A stretch of 62,912 bases of DNA, counting the filler, from Octopus bimaculoides (lineage: Eukaryota), in the NCBI RefSeq assembly GCF_001194135.2. It is 4 parts of 4 records of this genome, joined end to end, with 100 filler letters (N's around TTAATTAATTAA, not from the genome) between each part and the next. Parts side by side here need not be neighbours in the genome. Positions count along the whole stretch, not along the records: positions 1 to 30,106 come from NC_068990.1; positions 30,207 to 52,682 come from NC_069010.1; 2 more parts are not named here. The stretch is one strand, 5' to 3'. Positions within the stretch are counted from its first letter, which is position 1; each line of letters begins with the position of its first letter. Position numbers and translations under genes: made by a program. Positions 29,075-40,311 of the stretch are shown here, in pieces. The notes below the pieces were generated by a model, which was not told where the DNA came from, did not search any database, and was given only the letters and a program-made list of their open reading frames with translations.

Positions 29075-29285
29075 TCCCGGAACATCACGACCTATCCAGA
29101 GAGTTGAAGAGACTATAGAAGACCATAACAACAATTATTCTTGTAGTAACTGGCACACTTGGTGCAACACCCAAAATGCTACCTGAGAGATCGAAGATTA
29201 ATTGGCACTGACACTCGCGTTGTCAAACTCCGGGAACGTACAGTCCTCTATTCTGCAAGAATCCTAAGAAAGATTCTTCAGATTT
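29075..29285 (+). mobile_element. RLE-type LINE 3' fragment
   Basis: TTIILVVTGTLGATPKML resembles the V.P.VIGALG.(V/I)PK motif, the same region as the 6300 fragment. Confidence 0.55.
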
Positions 29286-29924
29286 GCTTAGATTTGTACC
29301 AAACCCCAGGGTAACATCCCAGCCAATTGGATTAGCATATAATAACTTTGAACTTTGGCAAAGGTTCTGAAGAATGAGCCACGGTGCTACTTTCTCCAGA
29401 AATGGTTGGGTGGATTTTTTGTGTGTTTTTGTAGTAATATTTGTCTGCTCCCCTCCACCGCTTGACAACCACAGGTGGTTTGTTTACTTACCCGTAACTT
29501 AGCAGTTTGGCAAAAGAAGCCGATAGAATATGCACTAGACTGAAAATAAGTTAGAAAATCAGTGTCTAGTTGTTACTTTGAAAACTATATATTTCGAACG
29601 GGAATTTGGCAGCGCCACCTCGAGCCGAACAATTATTCTGTGCTGGTGAAGGGAGATATCCCAGAAATCGAGATAGACAGATATTGTTTTGAGCCGAGTG
29701 GGAGTACTTGATTTGAAAGCAAACTGCTCACTACGCAGCTACACTGCGCCCATGATACGCATAACTTGCTTTCTCCGACACTTGAGTATCATGGGACATA
29801 TGAAAAGAAGGTTTTATATTAATCAGAATATGTGACGAAAGGTCTAACTAAAAGGCTGAAAGCAAACATGGAGGTTTAGACTAACATAGGAAAAACTGGT
29901 TTGGGCAGGCAAAGGGTTACACAG

Positions 29925-30021
29925 ATCTCAACTCGACCTTTTGTCTAAGATCAAAGTGTAGTATCTGTTCATATCAGTTTAATATCTGATATGGTCCTTA
30001 TTTGGGACAATCGATATTAAA
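29925..30021 (+). pseudogene. U2: U2 snRNA pseudogene, 3'-truncated
   Basis: ATCTCAACTCGACCTTTTGTCTAAGATCAAAGTGTAGTATCTGTTCATATCAGTTTAATATCTGATA... matches the first ~100 nt of U2, including the branch-point pairing sequence GTGTAGTA. The 5' end is mutated, and the Sm site and 3' stem-loops are absent. Confidence 0.88.
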
Positions 30022-30106
30022 CAAATATCTCCGAGAAATTAAAATCTAAAACTTATTTTATATAGTGGCGTTTTCAAACTTCTTTTATATATATATATAT
30101 ATATAT

Positions 30107-30206
30107 NNNNNNNNNNNNNNNNNNNNNNNNNNNNNNNNNNNNNNNNNNNNTTAATTAATTAANNNNNNNNNNNNNNNNNNNNNNNNNNNNNNNNNNNNNN
30201 NNNNNN
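30107..30206. other. Synthetic assembly spacer N44-TTAATTAATTAA-N44
   Basis: Identical 100-bp structure at three sites; the 12-mer gives stops in all six frames. Confidence 0.95.
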
Positions 30207-30735
30207 TGTCAAATGACTGAAACAAGTAACAGCTGGGGAGCAAGCTTCTAAACCACACAGCCATGCCCGCGCCTACAAAACTGCATATACAGTGCTGCGC
30301 ATATGTATATACACTTTTATTGTAGGTGCGGGCATGGCTGTGTGGTTAGGTAGCTTGCTTCCCAGCTACATGGTTTCGGGTTCAGTCCCACTGCGTGGCA
30401 CCTTGGGCAAGTGTCTTCTGCTATAGTCCCGGGCCGACCAAAGCTTTGTGATTGAATTTGGGAGGCGGAAGTTACTGCCGTGTGTGTATATGTCTGTGTA
30501 TGTGCTTGTGCCTCTCTGAAAGAGAGAGAGGGGAGATAGAAGATAAAAGATAATAAAGTCCTTTGCTTTTTAAGAAAATAGGGTGTGATTTGAGGGAGAT
30601 TTGGCTGGTATTTCCAGCAGGTCAAGCAACCACATAACAGTACCTTCTTTAGTTTGTCTACAGCAGGGTTTGCAACAGCAGATGAAAAAAAAAAGGGCAG
30701 TCTGAAGTGAAGATGGGTAATATAGTTCTACTTGC

Positions 30736-30810
30736 CTTATCCTGTCGTGGGTCAGTGTGTGGGTTAAGGTTTGGGGGATGCTGGTTCTCACATAGAAATT
30801 CTGGATCACA
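30736..30810 (-). CDS. C2CD3: C2CD3 coding exon 10 (CDPEFLCENQHPPNLNPHTDPRQDK), probable GC donor
   Basis: Acceptor tctcatttctttcag|TGT in phase 0. Ends AAG|gcaagt, 75 nt. Reading on to the next GT donor hits TAG at 30660-30658. Confidence 0.72.
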
Positions 30811-31321
30811 CTGAAAGAAATGAGAAGTTAAGATATTGATTTTGTTGATGTTAGAAGTAACAGAACTGTGATCAAAAACATTGCAGACATGGCCACCACA
30901 TTTATCGCCAGTCTTGAACCCCTGTCTTGCTCGGTGCATCAATCTGTAAACTGGTTGGAAATGTGAAACCAGAGGAATAGCTGCCATCTGGCATCTACCA
31001 TACTCTAAAAGTCTTGCTCCCTTGGCCATGGACACATTAATCTCTGACGCCTGGAAACTGATATGGTTGCCACCCACAAGATTATCCACCCTCTTTCCAA
31101 CAACAACCTTGGGCACTATTTTGAATTCCATACATTTAACACTGTTAAGACATGCTTACAAAATCAAAATACAATATACCACCCTTGACATTTGCAAACA
31201 TTTTTACAAGCTCAGTATTGCTGAAACATTGAATAAATTACCTCTATTGGCTGTTAGCTGTCGGAACACTACATCCTTCAAAACTTCCGTGCTTCCTAAA
31301 ATTCGCCAACAGTACAACTGA

Positions 31322-31361
<40 letters not shown>

Positions 31362-32866
31362 NNNNNNNNNNNNNNNNNNNNNNNNNNNNNNNNNNNNNNN
31401 NNNNNNNNNNNNNNNNNNNNNNNNNNNNNNNNNNNNNNNNNNNNNNNNNNNNNNNNNNNNNNNNNNNNNNNNNNNNNNNNNNNNNNNNNNNNNNNNNNNN
31501 NNNNNNNNNNNNNNNNNNNNNNNNNNNNNNNNNNNNNNNNNNNNNNNNNNNNNNNNNNNNNNNNNNNNNNNNNNNNNNNNNNNNNNNNNNNNNNNNNNNN
31601 NNNNNNNNNNNNNNNNNNNNNNNNNNNNNNNNNNNNNNNNNNNNNNNNNNNNNNNNNNNNNNNNNNNNNNNNNNNNNNNNNNNNNNNNNNNNNNNNNNNN
31701 NNNNNNNNNNNNNNNNNNNNNNNNNNNNNNNNNNNNNNNNNNNNNNNNNNNNNNNNNNNNNNNNNNNNNNNNNNNNNNNNNNNNNNNNNNNNNNNNNNNN
31801 NNNNNNNNNNNNNNNNNNNNNNNNNNNNNNNNNNNNNNNNNNNNNNNNNNNNNNNNNNNNNNNNNNNNNNNNNNNNNNNNATATATATATATATATAAAT
31901 ATATAATGTGTGTGTGGTGTGAATATCTTACTTGGAAACAGGTGAGGGTTGGCAACAGTAAGGGCTTCCTTCTAACCCCATGAATGCATAAATGTTAAAA
32001 TAATGACGGTGATACTGTGACATATACGCAATGCAATGCAATGCACACGCAAATATATGATAAGAAATCTGGTGTTACTGACCGCATCAGTGTAAAGAAG
32101 TTCTTGGAGAATGTCCTCTTGGTGGACAGGATCTGATATGTCACTGTTGTGTATCTCCAAACTGGACTGGCTGGATAGGGACAAGTTGGACATTGCCTGC
32201 TAACAGAAAATAACAAAAAGTAGGAGGATGATGATGATGACACACACACATTCATATATTACATATCTCTTAGCTTTTCTTTTACTTGTTTCAGTCACTG
32301 AACTGTGGCCATGCTGGGGCTCTGCCTTGAGGTGTTTAGCTGAATAAATCAACCCCAGTACTTATTTTTAAGCTGGTACTTATGCTAACAGTCTCTTTTG
32401 CCAAACCGCTAAAACAGAAAATTTACATTGCGGAACAGTCATTTTAACAAGTTGTATTTATTTATCACCCAACAAGATACATCTGCACCACCGGATACTC
32501 CTGAACCAGCTGTTGAGTGTCTTATCCAAGAGGAATCGATGCTAGATGCGTCAAAACAATTGTCGTGATTAACAATAAATTCTCGTATATTCCATCTTCT
32601 GTCTTTCATTTACTATATACTCTTTTACTCTTTTACTTGTTTCAGTCATTTGACTGCGGCCATGCTGGAGCACCGCCTTTAGTCGAGGAAATCAACCCCA
32701 GGACTTATTCTTTGTAAGCCTAGTACTTATTCTATCGGTCTCTTTTTGCCGAACCGCTAAGTTACGGGGACGTAANNNNNNNNNNNNNNNNNNNNNNNNN
32801 NNNNNNNNNNNNNNNNNNNNNNNNNNNNNNNNNNNNNNNNNNNNNNNNNNNNNNNNNNNNNNNNNN

Positions 32867-32905
<39 letters not shown>

Positions 32906-33083
32906 TACGATGGGCTTCTTTCAGTTTCCGTCTACCAAATCCACTGACAAGGCTTTGGTCGGCCCGAGGCTATAGTAGAAGACACTTGCCCAAAGTGCCA
33001 CGCAGTGGGACTGAACCCGGAACCATGTGGTTGGTAAGCAAGCTACTTACCACACAGCCACTCCTGCGCCTATATGTATGTAT

Positions 33084-33114
<31 letters not shown>

Positions 33115-36100
33115 AGAGGGGGGAAGATAGTGATAATGATGAATTCCTTACAATGGCATCGTGGTCAGGTCCAAGCACCAGGTCCATAATCCTCTCTTCG
33201 GAGTTCTCTGGATCACTGTTGAAGTTCTGTTCTGCAAGGATCTCCTGGAACAGACTACCACAGGAACTGCTTCTGGAAAAGTGAAGGGAGAGTTAGGTGG
33301 ACATGAAGAAGGGCCAAGAAATCAAGGTAACAGGGGCCACCAGAAATTTCAGTAGATATTGCAAGAGAGAACAAAGATTGGTTGCAATCTACCTCAAGAG
33401 AGTAAGANNNNNNNNNNNNNNNNNNNNNNNNNNNNNNNNNNNNNNNNNNNNNNNNNNNNNNNNNNNNNNNNNNNNNNNNNNNNNNNNNNNNNNNNNNNNN
33501 NNNNNNNNNNNNNNNNNNNNNNNNNNNNNNNNNNNNNNNNNNNNNGTGTGTGTGTATGCTGAAATGAATTGATAGGTCCACATATAACATCCCAAGGGAC
33601 ATCTCATTTTTTTTCTCTGGTGAAATTATGCTCATGTCACAAAAATGCAAAATTTAATGTACAAATTTGTAATTAAATTATTGAGTGTTAATTAAAACGG
33701 CTGTAAGAAGTGAAGACGACCAATTTGTTAATAATAAACAATTATTAACTTCCTTTATCTCCATTTTCTTTTCTTCTTTTAACTATATATATAAATATAA
33801 TTAGTTTTGGTCAAGTTGTGTGGTACTTGGGGTAGTGAAGCTTTGAGGTACTTGGGGTAGTGAAGCTTTGAGGTACTTGGGGTAGTGAAGCTTTGAGGTA
33901 GTTTTGGTGAAGCATTGTGAGGATAACTTTGAAGAAGGCTGTTGTATATAAAGGGGTTGGACAAAATAATGGAAACCCCTTCAAATTTCAAGCAAATTTA
34001 TTTTAATATGGGGTAGGACCGCCTTCAGCAGTAATTACAGCTTGAATTCTATGAGGTATGGACTCATAGAAAGGCTGAATTGTTTCCAAAGGAATTTTTG
34101 TCCATTCTTCAGCTAAAACAGTCTCCAGTTCTTGTAGTGATGATGGTGGAGGATATTATTAGGTTAAAAAATAACTTCCTTAAATTATTAATTTCATAGA
34201 GTATTAAACCATTTTCTTTTGCTTATAAGATAAGTTACCATGTGGTTGGGAAGCAAGCTTCTTGCCACAAAGCCACTCCTGCACCTATGCTGACAATTCA
34301 GCCAACTCACAACCTTAGCCAAGCAATATATTTAACAGCATGAATTTCACTGATCCTCCAAAATAAAATTAAGCAAAAACAAGCAGCAAGAGAGAGAGAG
34401 ACACACAGACAGACAAAATGGTTCTGTAAAACGAAATGTAGTCTCAGTTTACAAACTTACCTTGAGAGGTTTGATTTGCTGTTGAGGACTTGTCGTCTCT
34501 GGTTCCTTGAGGGTTCGTGAGCTAATGAATGGATCATCGTCTTACGAAGTTTGTGCCCTTTCTCCAGCAAGATGGAAATTATGTCCGTGTAACCAGGGTC
34601 CGCAGCATGATGGTCGTCCAGGATTGATGTCCCTTTGGGAGAAGAGGGTGGTGGTGATGAGGTGGGCGTGGGTTAGGGATGATTTTGTTTTTTTAGGGCA
34701 AGAAGGAAGCACAGGGTAGATAAGGAGAGTGGGTAGATGGGGGTAAAAGGAAAAGATAACTGTAGTTAGACATAAGAATAGAGGAATATGGTAAATGGGT
34801 ATGGCTATCTTTAGTACAAGGTGGGGGGGGGTGTAGTTACTGGCATCCTCTACAGCCTCATTATCAACATGATCCTCATCATTGTTATCGTGAAAATCAC
34901 TATTAATCATTAGTCACCAACATTACAATCATCGTCATCATCATCATCATCATCTTCATTGTCACACCATGCTCATCCCCACCAATTAAATCATTGCCAT
35001 CATCATCATCATCATCACATCATACTCATCCCCATCCGCATCATCAAATAGTCATCGTCATTATATAATTAACATCATAATCTATATTATCATCATTGTC
35101 ATCATCATCATCACCAATACAATCTTAGATACAGAACCCGGTTTCAGCCAGGTTGGTAATGAAAGGGTTAATTGCCTCCTCTTTCTAGCATATCATTTGT
35201 ACTTTTCTGGCTGCTGACAATAGTGCTGCTACACCAGTCAATGGGTATGGCACCTTCCTATTGTTGGCACTCCGTCGCTTACGACGACGAGGGTCCCAGT
35301 TGATCCGATCAACGGAACAGCCTGCTGCTCCTGAAAATTAACGTGCAAGTGGTTGAGCACTCCACAGACACGTGTAACTCTTAACGTAGTTCTCGGGGGA
35401 TATTCAGCGTGACACAGTGTGTGACAAGGCTGACCCTTTGAATTACAGGCACAACAGAAACAGGAAGAAAGAGTGAGAGAAAGTTGTGGTGGAAGAGTAC
35501 AGCAGGGTTCGCCACCATCCCCTGCCGGAGCCTCGTGGAGCTTTTAGGTGTTTTCGCTCAATAAACACGCACAACGCCCAGTCTGTGAATCGAAACCGCG
35601 ATCCTATGACCGTGAGTCCGCTGCCCTAACCACTGGGCCATTGCGCCTCCACACACCTTCTTGTACAACCTGATTATTATGCATGTGATTAGCCTCACAC
35701 TTAGAGCTTGCATCATCACCAGTCTTGAATCATTGTCTGGCTCAGTACATCAATCTCCTGCAAACTGTTCAGAAACAGGCAACCAAATGAAAACCTGCCA
35801 ACAGACAAATATCATACTCTGAAGTAAACGTCTTGCTTCCTTGGCCATGGACACATTAAACCTCCAACGTCTGACAACTGACTTGGTAGATACCCACAAG
35901 ATTATCCACCATCTTTCCAACAACAACCTCAGGCATCTTTTTGAGTTGCATATGTCTAACACTGATGGACATACTCTTTACAATTTTACTTGTTTCAGTC
36001 ATTTTTGACTGCGGCCATGCTGGAGCACCGCCTTTAGTCGAGAAAATCGACCCCCAGGACTTATTCTTTGTAAGCCTAGTACTTATTCTATCGGTCTCTT

Positions 36101-36171
36101 TTTGCCGAACCGCTAAGTTATGGGGACGTAAACACACCAGCATCGGTTGTCAAGCGATGTTGGGGGGACAA

Positions 36172-36213
<42 letters not shown>

Positions 36214-39200
36214 GTATGACGGACTTCTTTCAGTTTCCGTCTACCAAATCCACTCACAAGGCTTTGGTCGGCCCGAGGCTATAGTATAGAATACACTTGC
36301 CCAATGTGCCACGCAGTGGGACTGAACCCAGAACCATGTGGTTGGTAAGCAAGCTACTTACCACACAGCCACTCCATGCTTACAAAATAAATTTTAAAAA
36401 AACAAAAACAACATGACACCCATGACTTTCGGAAACATTCTTTCATGCTCAGAGTTACTGAAGCATGGAATAAAGAACCTGCATCAGTTCTTGGTTGTTA
36501 AGACACTACATCCTTCAAAACTTCCAACAGTACACCTGATGCCTCCATCCCCCAATGTTTTCCTTTTTTAAAGACTCATTCACTGTTCACCTCCACAGCA
36601 TCATTCTACGAACCGTTCATGCACTTTTGGCTACTGGGTTTTTCTGATGAGTTGTAGTGTGCCGAGCACTGTATACAATAAGTTCATCATTATCATTATA
36701 CACCACTGTTTCCTGATGGACCAAGTGCCTTCCCTGTCAATCCAATTGACCTGGGGCTAAACAAGAAGCAATAGCAGTCCCCCTCACATCGTACGATTCC
36801 CTCCTTGCTATGCAATGACTATCTCACAACAAAAACTCTCTCTCTCTCTCTCTCTCAGTTATATTTACCAGGTTGTTGTGCAAGGTGGGGAGACGAAGTG
36901 GACTTTGTCTTCAGAATCGGGAAGTTTTGGGTGTGTACAACATCGCCAGCAGTGGTAATGGAAACGGTGGTACCGCATTCTTGGTATTGGGATCTAGAGG
37001 CAGCATCAATGCCCCTGGGCTGTAGGTCAAGGCCAGCTGTTACTTCAGATGTTCGAGGGAAGTTCCTGTTGTTGCTGAACACTGAAGAACTCTGAAGATA
37101 AGAGGAGAAGAGGTAACATATCAGTGTATGTGTGTGTGTATATATGTATATATCATCATCATCATCATCATTTAACGTCTACTTTCCATGCTAGCAGGGG
37201 TTGGACGATTTGACTGGGGACTGGCGAACCAGATGGCTGCACCAGGCTCCAATCTGATTTGGCAGAGTTTCTACAGCTGGATGCCCTTCCTAACGCCAAC
37301 CACTCCGGGAGGGGAGTGTAGTGGGTGCTTTTATGTGCCACCGGCACGAAGGCCAGTCAGGTGGCACTGGCAACGGCCACACTCAAATGGTGTTTTTTAT
37401 GTGCCACCTGCATAGGAGTCAGTCCAATGTTTTGTTCACATGCCACCGGCACAAGTGCCAGTAAGGCGAAGCTGGAAACAATTGCGCTCAAATGGTGCTT
37501 TTTACGTGCCACTGGCACGCAGAAGCATGGGGAGGAGAGAAAGAAATGCGAACCCAGCTTACCTCTCGTTCGGATGATGCTAACAAGTGTGATGGTGGAT
37601 ATGTGATATTGGTCAGTGCCACAGGTCCTGCAGGTTGAGGATCGACAATGTCTGGTGTTGGTACAAACCCAGTGCTGTCGTAAGATTCTGAAAAGGCAAA
37701 CCTGAAACTGTATCTCCAGAAGTAAGTTATACTACATTATTGTAGGGAGGGCAATGGATGGTAAAACTGGTAGAAAAGCAGGATAGGGCGTGGGAGAAGT
37801 GGTAGAAAATAAAGACAGGAAATGGGAGAATTGGTAAAGAAGCAGGACAAGGGATAGGAGAAGTTATAGAGAAGCAAGACAAGGGATGGGGGAATTGGTA
37901 GAGAAGCAGGACAAGGGATGGGAGAATTGGTAGAGAAGCAGAATAGGGGATGGGGGAATTGGTAAAGAAGCAGGACAAGGGATGCTATTTCTGGAAGGTT
38001 GAATGACCAAGCAGAAGTTGTTTTGTTGGCCTGAAGGGAGATTAGATGAATGGATTTGTAGGTTATGAAGACTAAGACTTACCCATCAGTGGCTGCAGTT
38101 CAATAGAAACATGGAGTTCAGCTATTTTAACATCCTTCAATGATAAAACAGGATAAACACTGAAAAATAAACAGCAATTAGGTAATATTACTATGATGAT
38201 GATGATGATGATGATGATGATAATGGTTTCAAACTTTGGCACAAGGCCAGCAATTTCAGGGAAGCTGGGGGTAAGTCGATTACAATGACCCCAGTGTTCA
38301 ACTGGTACTTATTTTATTGACCCCAGTGGTGTGGTTTCAAAACCACACAGCCATGCTTGTGCCTTTATAGGATTGATATATTATGGTGAGGGCCATTTTG
38401 TCTTGACCTTTTGACCTTTGACTTGACTGACCTCATGTTTTTTTTTTTTAGTTTCTATGCAGCGAACTGGCAGAATCATCAATGCCTTGAACAAGATGCT
38501 TAGCAGCATTTCTTCTGATTCTTTATGTTCTGAGTTCAAATACCGCTGTGTGGTTTTGAAACCACACCACTGGGGTCAATAAAATAAGTACCAGTTGAAC
38601 ACTGGGGTCATTGTAATCGACTTACCCCCAGCTTCCCTGAAATTTCTGGCCTTGTGCCAAAGTTTGAAACCATTATCATCACAGTGGGATTGAACCCGGA
38701 ACCCTATGTTTATCCCCTTGTGGGCAATGAAGAAATAAGAATCGTTAACACGCCGGGCGAAATGCTTGATGGTATTTCGTCTGCTACTACGTTCTGAGTT
38801 CAAATTCCGCCGAGGTCAACTTTGCCTTTCGTCCTTTCGGGATCGTTTAAATAAGTACCAGTTACGCACTGAGGTTGATGTAATCAACTTAATCCCTTTG
38901 TCTGTCCTTGTTTGTCCCCTCTATGTTTAGCCCCTTGTGGGCAATAAAGAAATAAGAAGTTCCGAAATGTGTTTACACATGTGTGTGAAAGTGTTTGTGT
39001 TGTGTCTTTTGACAGATTGGAAGAGATGTCTGGAAAGATACTCACTTCTCAAGAGTGTTTGACACTGTAAGCGAGGTGATGTTGGTCACCTCGGTATAGC
39101 CGACCACTTCCGAATTATCTTCATCCACAATGTCCAGCAGTAAAAGATTCATATCTGGAAACAGAAAGAGGAAGAGAACAAAGTAAAAAGAAGACCATCA

Positions 39201-40187
39201 TTTAACATCGGTTTTCCATGCTGGCATGGGTTGGATGGTTTGACCAGAGCTGGTAAGGCCAGGGGCTGCAATAGGCTCCACTGTCATGGTCGCCATGACC
39301 GGATGCTTTTCCTAATGCCAACCACTCCATAGAGACTACTGGGTGCTTTTCATGTTACACCAGCATGAGTGCATTTTATGTGGAACCACCACCAGTGCTT
39401 TTCATGTGGCACCAGCATGAGTGCTTTTCATGTGGTACTAGCACAGATGCTTTTCATGTGGCACCAGCATGAGTGCTTTTCATGTGGTACTAGCACAGAT
39501 GCTTTTCATGTGGTACCAGCACTGGTATCAATTCTGCTGTGGCAGACAAATCTTCTTCAAAATGCACTAGATAACATACACAATCCAACCCAATCCAATA
39601 TTTGTGTATATATCTAAGGACTGAGATCATCATCATCATTGTTTAACGTCCGCTTTCCATGCTAGCATGGAAAGCGGATGTTAAACGATGATGATGATGA
39701 TGGTGATCTCAGTCCTTAGATATATACACAAATATTGGATTGGATTGGATTGGATTGTGTATGTTGAGTCTACTGCAGAACGAAGGCTTCAGCATGTTCT
39801 CTACACCAACCTCAGTCCAATGTGAAGGCCATGAATTTGAGCTTGAGGTCATTTTGAGCTTGAGGTCATTTTAAGCTTGAGCTCAAACCAGTTTGATGAG
39901 ACAACTCTGCTACATTGGTTTAACATGGCTTCACAAAGGGATGCAGTTTTTGGGTTTTTTTTTAATAATATTCATACCCCAGGAGTAGTTAAGTCAATTA
40001 CATTGGCCCCTGTGTTCAACTGATACTTACTTTACCAACCCTGAATGGATGAGAAGCAATGTTGGCTTCAGTAGAATTTGAACTCAGAATGTAAAGATAG
40101 ATGAAATGCTTCTAAGCATTTTACCGAATGTGCTAACAATTCTGCCAGCTCATCACTCTACACACACACATAGACACACACACACAT

Positions 40188-40228
<41 letters not shown>

Positions 40229-40279
40229 CAAACACATACACACACATATATATATATATACAAACATATACACACACAC

Positions 40280-40311
<32 letters not shown>

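Noticed and set aside
30658-31131. 157-aa minus-strand ORF
   Set aside because: It is a chimera of antisense CR1 sequence, intron and the 75-nt C2CD3 exon.
37745-39525. CRISPR-like appearance of the 25-32-bp repeats
   Set aside because: They are tandem units without unique spacers, in a eukaryotic intron with no cas genes.
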